Of a stretch of 64,000 nucleotides of DNA, positions 11,793 through 25,000 are shown in pieces. The position numbers were made by a program, and so were the translations under genes. Position 1 is the first letter of the stretch, and each line of letters starts with the position of its first letter. The notes under the pieces are model-generated. The model saw nothing but the letters and a program-made list of their open reading frames with translations. It made no database searches and was not told the DNA's origin. Origin of the DNA: Camelus dromedarius (lineage: Eukaryota); NCBI RefSeq assembly GCF_036321535.1, contig NC_087437.1, positions 44,456,001-44,520,000 on the forward strand, read 5' to 3'.

Positions 11793-14700
11793 CCCACCAC
11801 CCAGCAAGAGACTGGTTTGCCAGTTGCAGCATGGCCACAATATTAGGGTGAGGTGGACAGAGCCAAGAACAGTGCTTTTGGGTAGAGAATGAGAATGCAC
11901 TCAAATTCCTCTCCAACCCCTAGCACTTTCCATCCACAGATGCTGCTCAAAAGTCAATAATACTGTTGTAAGGGTTAGGGAGTTTCCATCTGAAAGGGCA
12001 AGATTCATGGTCAAATGGACTTTACCTTCCAGAGGAGCTACTGGAAGGTCAAGAGGTACGTTTTTTCAAGAATTCCCTCAAGTTATCTGTGAGATGTGGG
12101 CCTCCTTGGGATACTGCTGGCTCTTGGTGCATTTTGCAAAATACCTGATCTTCCATCCTCATCCTCAAACGACTGGGACTACCTACCAGCTCCCTGCCTG
12201 GACTTTCAACGCAGCAACCTGTTTCCACGTTGCCTTCTGCACTCACCCCAGGAGGGATGATGAAGTCATTCTAGGGTGCTTCTCTCTGAAGCAGTTAACC
12301 TGTGCTGCTGCTGTTAGTGATTTTTTTTTTTTTAAGTATCTTATTCTTAGTTTACTTTAGGGAAACAGGGTAAATAGGTCAAACATGGGAAAAATGATTA
12401 AGTTGCTGAAACTCTCATCAATTATTGCTGATAGTCATGGAAATATAAATGGAGTAGGGTGAATCATTTACACTAATTCATTCATTCTCACGTTGAGAAA
12501 AAATAATCTAGAACCAGTTTCTTTATATTTCTTTTGTTTCTAGGTTTATCACCCAAATATGGCCAAGCTTCCTTGTAGTCTGTAAGCATTCCTGATTCCC
12601 TTTTTTGGTAAAGCTGACAAATTAACCAACATATTACCACAGCCTTCAGTTAAACATCTACCAACTAAATATTGCTCCTAAATGTTGAGTGTAACGTAAA
12701 TGTTGCTCTACCATTTAATGTTGCTCCTTCCTTTACTGATAAATTTCCTGAAAGTTTATCCCATCTAATGCCCATCCCTATAAGAAAATCAGTAACTTCC
12801 TGTTTCACAATTTGGTCATCCTGTCTTAGTACTTAACACATTCGACATCTTTGATTATTTGATATAGGTTCTTATTCTCTCAAGGAGTTTGTGCTTAACT
12901 GCCTAAAAGATCCAGACTGGAGTGACGCTTCTGATTATTTGCATATGACCTTAGCAATGCCTTCCCTGACTTCCTTATTACAATAATTTCTCACCACGCT
13001 CTATGATGTTACTTCTTTATTATCCTTAGGGCGTATCATAACGAAAAGTCTTCAGAACTGTTAATGTCTTTAATTTTTATTGTCAACCTCTCAGCAAGAG
13101 AAAGTAAGCATGGTATGAAGGCAACCTTTGTAAAATTTTTCCCTCCGTACCTTTGGAAACTACAGTATAACCTGGCATGTATTGTTGGAAAATTAAAAAA
13201 AAATCTGTTTATTACTCTCTTCCTTGGACTTTGATAATTCTGTTTTCTCCTGGTTTTTCTCTTACTCTCTGTGTATATTTTTATATTCTCTTTTTAAAGG
13301 ATATATTTTAATAAAGATGGCTAAAAAACATACTCTCACTTACTATGTTATTTTTTGAATGTTGGCCAAATAATACAAATGAGTATCTAAATATTCTCTA
13401 AGGGATTATTTCTTAAATTTGGGAAAACTTAAAGATTTTTTTCCTCCAAACAGTCTGTTTTCTTAATCTAGTATGCATTCATACCCCAAATTTACATTGT
13501 TTTGTCTATTGACTTCGGAGACTATTGACTTAAAATATGGAAATGTAATCTTGACAGAACTTTGCTTCACTTTGGTTACATTTCTATGTTACATAGTTTT
13601 TAACTTAATTTTCTCTCCTTTTAATGGATGTGCATTATGTGTTAGGTTATGAAGACATTTTGCAAATTTGTTAAAAAATAATTACCGTATGCCAAGACAA
13701 GTGACTACCCTGGCTTATCTTTGTTATTTCTGCTATCAAAACGTGGTCACTGTAAAAAATAAAAAGAATAAGATAAAGTTCACTATGCCATTAAGCATTT
13801 TGTATGTTATTGTAGCAAATTTTTTTTCAGCATGTGTGTATACTACAGTAAAAAAACAAAAACAAAAAAAAACTGATAAAATTAACAAACCATCCCTTTA
13901 TCTGACCTTTTCCACTAAAGACAGCAGAATGAATGGTGTGTCTCATGCTTAATGCTGAATTCAGTTGGGACAGAGCAGTTTAGCACCCTCGCTGGCATCC
14001 CTTCTGATTGGTTGGGAGTTCATTTTAACTGATTAGTTCTTGTGCTGTTCTATTTTTTAAATACTTTAAATAACTCAATATTAGCTATTTAAATTATTAG
14101 TAGAAATTTAACATTAAAATATTTAATATTTTATATAGCTGCCTACTTATGTCAACCCCATCTAACTAGTCGTCATTAGCTAGAATACTATTTTCAGGAG
14201 TTTGAAACTGTTGATTGATTAGTGATGTCTGTCACAGGGAAGGGAGGAAGCAGCTTTGGCTTTCATGCTTTAATACATCATGGTATTCATTATAATGGAA
14301 TGCCCTTGAGTGAACTTGAAAAAGAAGTACTAATACAATTCTAACAATCTTTGTGTTCTGAACTCTTCATCAATGCTAATATACTAATTTTTTTAAGTAA
14401 TGATAATGGTAAACATGGGAGATGATTCTGATTTCACAAGTTTTTAATAAACATAAACACTTGAATTTGAAGAATATTCAAAAGCTAGATTATATAAGAT
14501 AATAGTAAATTTCTAAAGTAAAACTTGTATTTAGATGAATAGTACTTTTGATAACCCTGCATTTTGTCAGTGTGAGAACTGCTTGGGTTTACCATTACTG
14601 ATTTTTGAGTAGAAAATGACTGTTTTACTCAAAGCAGGCTTTTCAAATATTCTGTACATTCAGAATCTCTCTTAGAGAAGAACTAGGAGGATTCAGAGTG

Positions 14701-17700
14701 ATTGATTTGGTTGAAAATGTCAAGTCTGAGTAATTTCAAAGCATACATGATTTCATAAGCATGAATAATTTTTTGCTGCCTCAGGTAGAAGAAAAACACG
14801 GCACTGGATTGTTCCTCAATGTGGAGCCCAGACATTAACAGGTGGATGGCCCTAGAGACATTTCTCTGACCTAGTTACTTTCTGTGATTATTCTGTTCAT
14901 TTTGTTTAGGTAACTACAGAAAATAACAATTCTATTTATTTTTCGTGGTTTTTCTCTTCCATTGCTTCTGCTCAAGATAGGGTCTCCATCTTTGTATAGA
15001 ACCCCTGATATTATAGCATGTCACTTTTTAAAGTGCTTATTTTTAGTCATTGCTAATTATTTGGTTTATAATACCTTCTAATCACATATTTTACCACAGA
15101 TAGAAGACAATTGCATTTTATTGTTTAATGTTTGTTTTTAACATGTGCCAACTTCATTTTAACTGTTTCTATGTGGCCCACTACTCTGTTGTCATCCCAA
15201 TGCTTTATTTTGTAACAATGTATGAAATATTTGATTTTCGGTATCATTTGTTGATGGTATTAAGTTCTCTGTTCAAAAATTAATGTATGGAATTTAAATA
15301 AAAAATAATGTGTAGACTTTTTTGTATTTCTCTCTGATAAAGAAAAATTAAGCAAAGCAGAGCTAGTTCCATTTCATTCTGCACCTCTCATTTACTCTTT
15401 CCTGTGTGTCAGGAAGTCCTCTACGTGTCAGACAACCTGGTGCACATAGAGTGACTAGTTCAACAGGCACCTAGGTTCCTGTTCACTTGACATTTCCCAA
15501 AGACTACTCAGATGTGGCTTAATCCTTGGTATTTGGACATAAATTAAAATTAGTACCCCAACTGGCTAAGTGGACAGTTTTCTAGTGTGACAAAATCCAT
15601 GCCTTAAGAAGAGGGTTGTTGTAGCAACAAGGATGATTGGAAAGAAATGACTTGACGTTTTATCATATCTTGGTTTGTTGATTTGTGTCTCAGGAAAATT
15701 CAATGTGCTTTCTTACAAGTGTGATTTTCAGTTTGCTTGAAGGTAAATAGGAAAAATTTTCAGAAAGGATCTGGTTCAGAAGCATTCTTTGAAGGCAATA
15801 AGTAATTTTTATTATCACCTGTCAAACTGTCAGAACATTGAGACTTCTGTAATTATTGACTTTTAATGCATAGCCTGATAGTGCATAAGCCAAAATAAAT
15901 TGACATAATGATGCCTGTATTGTGAACTGTCTTTGTGAAAAAAAGCCTTCTTACGTGTTAAGATCATTGACATGTGCTGTTTATGGAAGATGAGTTGAAG
16001 AGCTCTTTAATTGAAACTGCTATTGTTGATGCAAGCTGTTGCTATCTTCCAATAACGTAAGTGTCTTTTACAGGATTATTACTCTTGTAACTGCCATATC
16101 TTTCTGGTATGTACACAAACAAAAAGTCATAGTATGGTCTATACCCACTGAGACCAGTATGATTTTCCCCCAACTTCTCCTAAATATGAAAAGTATGTTC
16201 ATTAATATAACCCATTGAGTAATAGCCCTGTTTTAAGAAGCTATCAGTGAATCACAATTAGTAAATAGCTTAGAAAGTTGAAGTGGAAAATATGAATTTT
16301 CTCATTTTTACTATGTGGTTATTAATATTATGTAATCATTTATTTAATCAGGCTTTAAACTCATAGATCCATATTTATATGATAATGGTATCAGCAAACT
16401 CAAAAGTCAAATTAATATGACACTGATTTACTCACATTTTAATAGGAGCAAAAATATGATGAAAAGCTATTCTGACAGAAATAATTTTAACAGTTAGGTT
16501 TTCTTGTCAAATACTTTCCACAGTACAGCCTAATTTTAAGAGAGACGTTGTATAAACTGGAATCATTTCAATTTGAGACAGACAAGCCAACAGTGTATGC
16601 TGGACATATAGGTGAGAATGGGTATATGATGGGCCCTTTATTGAAGAAATTACCCTGTAATTGAAATAGAAACTGACAGACAAATATATGTATAGAGAGA
16701 TGGGTCCAGTAAGGACCTTAAGAAGGATAGAAATAGATCATTCTGGGATTCAAATTAGAGAAGGTCACATGTAACTGGGTAACAGGGAGATAAGATTCAT
16801 CAAATAGGTAATATTTGAAATGGGCTTTAGTGCATTAGTAAAGTTCTTACAGACATAGATGGATGTCATGGCTAAGGAAATATCTTTCCTCAAATAATTG
16901 GATTTGCTGATCTCTTGTTGGTATTCACATATTCTTCTAAAAACAGAATTCTTTCTTCAAATGAGTCTTCTTTGGAGGCTCTTTGTGTAAAACTGTTTGA
17001 AGTGTATTAGCCCTGAGACGGGTGGGAAGTTAGACGTCTGGATTCTTCATCTCCATTCTTTCACTTTTGCCAACACTAACTCCTTATCAACACCTCTGTG
17101 TACATTCAGTGCAGTTTGAAGCAATATATTTTGTATTATAATTGTATCATTGGAAAGCATAGTAGCTATTATTTTTATAATAGAAAGTACAAAAAGTAAA
17201 GCTGAAAGGAATCCTCTTGGCTCATAGGAATGCATTTGATGGAACCATCAGTGCAGGACTTTCCAAGGAGGTGGGGCGGGGCAACCACTTTAGAGGCTTC
17301 CCATTAAAATCTACAGGAATGCATGAAATTTTTACTTAAAAAGAAGACTTTTAAAAATGAAAAATATTGATGTAAAATACAATGTGCCTGTAGTGGGGCA
17401 GTGGGAAATGTGACAGCAATAGTTGTTAGGGGTCATGTTCTGAAGTCTTGCGTGTCAGAGTGGTACAGGTGTACAGGTTGTGTCCTGTATAACTCAGGCG
17501 CTCGTCATGCACAACTGGATACGTGCACATCCAGAACAGCTGTGCATCATCAACTTTGTATGTCATTGGGAAAACAATAGAGAATCTTTGAGTTCTTTCA
17601 AGTCTGAGAATGGTATGATTGTTGTTGAACCGTAAGGAAATTAATTTTGCAGTGTTTTGTAAAATGATTCAAATTCTAGAAACATGAATATAGAACATAC

Positions 17701-17980
17701 CAAACTTAGTGGTCTACTGGAGGCAAAAACTGGTTTGTAACTTGTTTGGAAGGGAGAAGGCAAAGGAAAAATGACTAGAAACCTTTTTCTCAAGTGACTT
17801 CTCAAAGACAAATTGTTGTACCCTGGTAGAAATAGAAAGGTCATGACTGGGACAGGGTAAAAGAGAGATTAGTTTTCCTTTGAACATTTCAAATTACTAT
17901 AAATGATTCTGTTACACTAAATGGACAATTTGCTATAATTCCTCTGGCAAGACTTAATTTTTCTTTGTTTTCTCTTTCAG

Positions 17981-18100
17981 GCCGAAGTCATTGATGTGAG
18001 TTATGGAAATGCAGATGACCTAAAGAGGATTAAAGAAATGAAAAATGTAACAAATCAGATTGCACTTCTGAAATTAGGAAAATTGCCACTACTTTATAAG
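17981..18100 (+). CDS. NAALADL2: NAALADL2 next coding exon (probably exon 4), 120 nt, phase 0 to phase 0, PA/apical domain
   Basis: Strong acceptor ttttctttgttttctctttcag| ends at 17980 and donor AAG|gttggt starts at 18101. The translation AEVIDVSYGNADDLKRIKEMKNVTNQIALLKLGKLPLLYK continues the previous exon in frame and matches the recalled human AEVIDVSYGMADDLKRIRKIKNVTNQIALLKLGKLPLLYK. Confidence 0.96.
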
Positions 18101-19673
18101 GTTGGTCCAATGGCTATTATTTGGTGGTGGGTGAATATTTCGTTGTCTTGCAGTTATATATGCATCTGGGAGTGCGGAGAGAAAGAGAGTGAGTGTGTGT
18201 GTGTGTGTGTTTGTGTGACAGAGAGGGAGAGAGAAAGAAAGAGGAGAGAGAAAGACAAAAGGACATAGGGTGCCACAGGAAGATAGGATTTACAAAATGG
18301 AAAATTTTACATTAAGATCTTTAAGATATTATGAGCTTGTGGGAACTTGATAAAACTTTTGTAAAACCTATCTGGAATACTAAAAATGAGAACCACAGTG
18401 TCCTATTCTCATGACATCTGCGAAACTTCTGTTGTCTAATTACCACCTGTTTTATGTTAGACTAGTATCTAGGTGATTAACACTCCTTAGTGATTGATTT
18501 TGTCAACTACATAACTTCACAGTTACTGACTGTGCTCAGAAATTTAATTAAAATACGATATGCCAAGGAGAAGCAGATTTTTGATTTATTTAAATAGAAG
18601 TTTATTAACATTCATCCACTAGATGCATTTACATAATTAAAGCAGTTCAATCTAAGTATCTCATAATGAGCCACTACAATAGAGAGTCACTACTGCTCAT
18701 TCTTCATTTTCTTTTTCTATTAAAAAAGAATGGTCAGTGTAGTTATGTCACTGGAACTCTCTAGTTCTGAAAATATATTGGATTTTTCCTCTTCCAAACC
18801 TAAATGAGCTTTGCAAATTCCCAGGACCAGAAAAGTTTCCAGAAATCTGCTGGCACACTCTGTAAGGAGACAAGAGAACATTCAGTGCCTGTTTTTCATT
18901 ACCTTCCAAGGATGCCCTTATACTTAAATCAATGCCTGGTAGTAGGTAACAGGCCAGAATTTTAAGATGGTCTTGAAAGTATAAGATACATTGATACTAA
19001 TTTTTTTCAGGATAATTTGTCAATATGTATTAAAGGCCTTAAAATAATCACCTTTGTACCCAGTAATTCCATTTCAATCAGTATATCCTAAAAGGGTGTG
19101 GGGGGCACAGAGGTGATAAACACAATGATGACCAACAATGTGACAAATATTTGAAATGATATGTATGTCTAATTTGGCATTGAAAATCATGCTACATTTG
19201 TACCGTTGGATACTATGCAATAATTACAATATGAAGAAGAATATTTAATGATATGTGATTATTACTTCTAAAAGTAACATTGGTAGAAATATGGAATAAA
19301 TATTTTTCTAAACATTTTTAATCTGTTTTTCACATTAACCTTTACAATAACCATAGCATTGAGGTATAGCTCATTATCTTCAATTTATAGATGACTATCA
19401 TTAGTACATGAGCAGGGAAATAAGACAGAGTATACTCCTTTTCCAGTAACAGACCCAATCTGGTAGAGGGTCAAGCACATGGAAGTTTCAATCAAGGGTA
19501 CAGTTTTGATCATAGTATAAGACTAGCCATTTTAATTATTTAAGACAAATGATTCAAGTTGTTTACCGGACATTTTATTACCAATAATCAGAAGAAATCT
19601 TCCTTTTGGTATTCTTCCTTTGGGAAGAATAATCCTTTCCAGATGTTCTAAAAGGGCAGTGGGAAACAAAGTG

Positions 19674-20174
19674 CAATAGACCTCCTTATCTGTGGGAGAT
19701 ACGTTCCAAGACCCCCTGTTGGTGCCTGAAACCACAGACAGTACCAAATCCGATATATACTATGTTTTTTTATGCATATGTAACTGTGATAGAGTTTAAT
19801 TTATAATTAGGCACAGTAAGAGATTAACAACAATAACTAATAATAAAATAGAGCAGCTGTAACAGTATCCTGTAATAAAAGTTATCTGAATGTGCTACAG
19901 CCATAGTCACTCTGCTAACCTGGAAGGCCGCTTAGTGACTAATGGGCAGGGTAGTGGACACAGCCTGGATACGCTGGGCGAAGGGCGAGCTCACAGCCTG
20001 CCTGGGTGGAGTAGGACAGCCCAGGATTTCATCACACTACTCAGAATAGCGTGCAATTTAAAACTTAGGAATTGTTCTTCTGGAGTTTTCCCATTTAGTG
20101 TATTTTCGGACTGCAGTTGACCATGGGTATCTGAAACCTGCAAAAGTGAGACTATAGATAACGGGGGACTGCTG
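19674..20174 (+). mobile_element. MER44 (TcMar-Tigger, Tigger7 derivative) non-autonomous DNA transposon
   Basis: The ends caatagacctccttatc and gataacgggggactgctg are inverted repeats, followed by TA. The body ggagatacgttccaagacccc...ggcacagtaagagattaacaacaataactaataataaaataga matches the recalled MER44 consensus. Confidence 0.88.
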
Positions 20175-21333
20175 TAACGTTGCCTTGGGTACACTACAGG
20201 AACCCTGCTAGTTTAACATAGCTGTGATGCATAAGACTAAAATGTGGTTTGTGGTAGGGGCCAGTTATACAAATTGGGTTGATGAAATTGTGAATGATTT
20301 CTACTTCGTATTTTTGTGAATTTCTAATGATTGTATATATATTTTGTATGGAAAAAGAAGTCTTTAAAAGTTGTTAAGGCATTTAACGTTTTTTCTAACA
20401 GTACTCAAAATTCTTACTAGTAGATAATGGGTTATAACATAGCTAATTTTGTTTTGACTGTTCCAGAGATTACTTACTTACATTATGAAACTCTTCAGTC
20501 ATGTCTACAAAGTAGTGAATCAGTGGTTTATCTAGAGTAGGACCCCACTTTAAGAAGCTGCTGTATTTTCCCCGATCATCCTCCTTACAAGCCTGTGAAT
20601 AGATTTAACACAGAGGACTATGCAAAATTCCCCGCCAGACAGAGCCTTGCCACAAACTTGGCATTATCTCCTAGGCAGAGAAGATGGGCATCCTTTTTTT
20701 ACCCTTTTAAATTCCATTCTAGGCATCTCTGGTTTCTGTGGATTATCCCAGAGATATGGAATCACTGATACTATATCTGTTAATACACATTCACATTGTA
20801 AAGAAAAAAGGAAGCTTGAATTAGACAAGGTTATATACCAGGATTACAGCTGAACTTGCTTCACCTGCTTATCAAATATATTCTGAGGCTGAAATCTGGA
20901 AAATGAGGCAATACAGTAATACAGCTGGGTTGGAAAAAAAAAAAAAAAGGCAGAGGACCAGAGGACTTCTCTGTGAATTACAACTGTTAATCATGGTTCT
21001 CAGTGAGCATCTGGGCTGGGAACATGTAGCTGAATGAGTAAAGAGAAAAGTTTGTCTTATTTTGACTGTGCAATAGTTACTAAGTCATGGCTCAGAAATG
21101 AATCTGGATGGGGAGCTCTGCATCTGAGATGGGGAGAATAAAGGGGAAACATAATGGTGATTTCCTAAAATGTATAGAAAAATCATCTGGGGCCAAGGAG
21201 GAGGCGATCTCATTCATTTTATCCTAAATGCTATGCATGTGTTATTTTAGGCTCTAGGAAGGGATTGGGGAGAGAATCCCCACGTTGTGTGGCAGGAACT
21301 GTAGAAGGCAAATGACTGCCAGATACATGCCTT

Positions 21334-21960
21334 TGTTGCTGGTAATTAGGTTCTTGTCTCGCAGCAGAAAGAATTTAGAGATGAGACAGGGAGGTTAAGA
21401 AGGTAAAGTAGGGATTTATTACGGGATAAATAGTAACTCTCAAGGGGAGAGCAGGCAGGCTCTGGTGAGCAGCTGCCCTGAGTTTCTTTGGTAAGCTGGT
21501 TACATGGGTGTAAAAATGAATTGGTGGAGTATTCACTGGACAGGGAAGGGTTTGGGGTCATGTCACCTGATTTTCATCTGAACTCCCCCTTCCCGAGGGG
21601 AGGAGGGGTTTTTGTCCTTATTTAGTCTGGATCGGAAGTGTCATGGCGCCTGTGCATGATGGGTACTTCTAATCTGCAAGGCTAATTTTATTGAAATGTG
21701 AGCATAATGAGCAAAAAGTTACATTTGGACACTGGAGATTCCTTTTTTGTTGGCCTCCCAACTGCTTATCTCCCCCAAAGGTGTGACAACTTATCAGCCC
21801 GGAGGTTCCTGCTTTTCTTTCTCTGCCCAGGGACCCCTGGTGCTTACATGATGTATGGTTTCCTGTGTTTGGCCTGTGCCCCTCCGTTTTGCCCAATTCC
21901 TGCCATTTGGCCTGTGTCCCCCTTTCTCTGCTCATACCTAGCTATCTGCCTGCTGTAACA
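21334..21960 (-). mobile_element. Full-length solo LTR, ERV1-like, 627 bp
   Basis: TGTT...AACA termini with an exact 4-bp target-site duplication cctt (21330-21333 and 21961-21964). AATAAA lies on the minus strand (tttatt at 21415-21420) about 80 bp from its 3' end, and the element is GC-richer than its flanks. Confidence 0.88.
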
Positions 21961-21992
21961 CCTTGACATCTCCTCTTTGTTGCTGCAAGAAA

Positions 21993-22038
21993 GGGCCAGC
22001 CAAGGTCTTTGGGGCCAGCCAAGGTCTTTGGGGCCAGC
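21993..22038. repeat. Perfect 19-bp tandem duplication (2.4 copies)
   Basis: gggccagccaaggtctttg at 21993-22011 and 22012-22030, then a partial gggccagc. Confidence 0.9.
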
Positions 22039-25000
22039 TTGTGCTAGTTTTCCTTTAGCTTAAACCTTTAGAGGAAAGGCTTTAAGTTTCTTTTCACTTT
22101 GTACTTAAAGCATTTTATTTTATAGCAGAGTGCTTTAATTCCTGAAAATTTAAGACAAAAAATTCTTTTCTATGTCATAATGGGTTCATTTAGATTTCTC
22201 TCAATGACAATCTGAGGCATAGTAAAGCAGATTCTAAGACCCTCGCCAATTCCCAAATTGCTAAATAGCTTTCTAGTATGAAATTTATTTTATAAAATGA
22301 AATAAAAGCATCTGGCTTTCCTTTAGAGGCATTTTCACAAAAAGCAGTAATAAAAAAAAATTACTGTTTACTCCATGACTACTAGAAATTGAGTAAATCC
22401 CACTGAAATGTGGAAGCTGGGCTGTCGTCTGTGTCCATGCTACATATAACCCCTGAGTCTTACAGGAGTCGAATTTGCGTACAGTAAAATTATAAATGAC
22501 TAAATATCTTACATCTTTTGTGCATGGTGAAATTACGTGTAAAAATTCATAAAATTACATGTAAAAAATGCTATTCTATTTTCAATAAATGTAGTAACAT
22601 ACAGTACATTCCTAGTACTCACATTTGCATAGTAAGATACTAGCCAAATATTAGCTGTTTCTTTTGCATTTTTCTTATATGCCATTTTATCCTCATAATC
22701 ACAATTTTAATGATAGAGGAATTCAGATGATTTTGTAGTTTCCTACAAATGAAACAGTTCCTATCCATTCATCAATAAGATTTTTATTTTAATATCAGTT
22801 GTGCATTGCTTGGCCAGTGTATAACTTAACCATCTACTGCTCAAGTCCATATAGGAAGCTTACACAGGTAGGCCTTTGAGAAGAGCCTGCAAGGGAATGA
22901 GAGGTAGGGAACAGTGGTTATGTGTTTATACTTTGTACATAGATTGTTTCCAACAGATTAGGAGGAAAGTAAACTTCATACTATTTGAATTTCAAACCCA
23001 ACTTAATCTACCAAAAAGCACATTTAAAACATTGAGTTGGGGGTTTAGTAAGGAAATCTTTGTATTTGTTGATTTACCAATCAGTTCTCAACCAGTGGAC
23101 AATAGGAAAATCAATAAGGAATTCTCTAGTTTAGGTAAAATAAATGCCGAGAAGCACTATATTTTGAAGACTAACTTAACGTAAAGCATTTTTATGCTTT
23201 TCATAGTTGCTGAACTACTCTTTGTTTCATTTACTCTAGTCTTTTTTTTTTCTGATGATAATCACTCTGATAACTGCATTCAAGAGAATTATTTTTTCTT
23301 TATTCCAGTTAATAGAGTAGCATTTACCCTACTCTTTGTGGTAGAAGTTTAAGATGTAGCGCTAAAATTTATTTTTTATTTCCCAAAATTAAAATATGAT
23401 GCATTTAGCTAACAATTAGTATCAAAAGTATGTGGCACCTAGTACAATAGTACAACAATGTATTCGACAATATATAAAAAAGTAATTCAATAGTTTTTGA
23501 AGATAAAATATTCATGGTGTGTCTGTGTGTGTGGTGGCTGTGTGTGTGCATTCGTACAACCTTATGTGTGATGTGGCAGTGAGGCTGAGAGGAGAGAAGA
23601 GAAATTCTCTTTCCTTACTGAAAATTTTGATGCATTACAATTTTCCCTGATATTGATGAACCTGGCGGATCTATTTATATGACGTTCTAGAACTATTTCA
23701 GGTGAGAAAAAACATTTAATTCAGTGTAATTCATGATGTTTTCAGTATATTTTGTAAGTGGAGGCAAGCTTGCTTATTTTTAAAGATAATTTGTGAGGGC
23801 ATTTTATGAACAAATATTAAAAAAGTGAACACTGTCTTGATACTTGGAAAATGTATGCTTATTCCCTGGCTGATTTAATGAGATGCCTCATACTCAGTTC
23901 TCAGAAGTAATTACAAAAGACCAATGCTTCAGATTTTGTAATTATAAGATTCCAGAGCTGCTCCATTGGTCAGGAAAACACGGTCAGAACTAGAACACAA
24001 AATCAGAGAACAATGATTTAACACATTTAAAAGCCAAAACTGCGTTTACTTTTTAAAATCAGAATGCTTTCCATTTTCCATTGACTGACTTATTTATTTT
24101 TCTAAATGATGTAGACCAAATATTACCATATCCACTAAAGGTAATTTTTGTTGAAACACAACTTCAATCATAACTTATAATGAAAAAACTTGAGACCGAG
24201 TCATTATTCTGCCATTTAGCAATCAGACTTCAAGAAAGTGAATTTAGAACAAGCAAATCTAATGGAATGCTTCAGATCTTATTCCTAATATTAAAGTGCT
24301 TTTCATGGCTCAAAATCAAATGAAGGTGTGTCTACAAATCTTCCATGTCTGTCATGAATGAATCCTATAGTTCAGAAGTCATGTCTGTATTTTACTTACA
24401 TGATAATACAATTTAATTACTTTTACTAACCATTTGAATATTGTGAAATTATAACAAGTGACATCCTGTATTAAATGGGTTAATTTTTGCATTTATCTTA
24501 TTGTAATATGTTAAGCATAAATAATCCCCCTGCATTCGTGTAGGTTTGGTACCACAAGGAAAGATGCTGATCATTTTGTTCCTCTTAATGTTATAATATA
24601 AACTAAGAAAAGCAAGAAATCCAACAAAAGAGACAGAAGACAGAGACCAGAGAGGGAGAAAGGAAGGACAGGAGGAAAGAAAGACAACAGCAGTTGATTC
24701 CTCCTAGTTCACTCCCTAAAATTATACATGTTTCAGAAATGTTGGTATATGTACATATTACTCTAAAATCTGAAAAAGTTAAGTTTTAGACATACTTTAA
24801 ATTTGAGGAATTATTTGGACTCCACAGTATAGATGTCGCTATGGTCATAACATCTGGCTTTGTTTTAATCCTGAGACATCCTTTCACGTTTCAGGATCCC
24901 TCCTCTCTCTCTCTGTCTGTTTTGATTTTTTTTTTCTTGGTGTGGATAGGTTTCTCAGTCCTCCCAACGTGCTGTATTTGTTCTGTTTTCAACAGGTAAT

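Noticed and set aside
17272..17282. Isolated GC box ggggcggggc as a promoter
   Set aside because: It is a single motif with no CpG cluster or other support.
17456..17550. Imperfect hairpin (atgcaca...ctggat...atccag...tgtgcat) as a miRNA precursor
   Set aside because: The stem is too short and interrupted, and the sequence resembles a MER91-like DNA-transposon remnant.
21993..22038. CRISPR-like or other regularly spaced repeat array
   Set aside because: It is a simple head-to-tail duplication without spacers in a mammalian intron. No prokaryotic systems are evident anywhere in the window.
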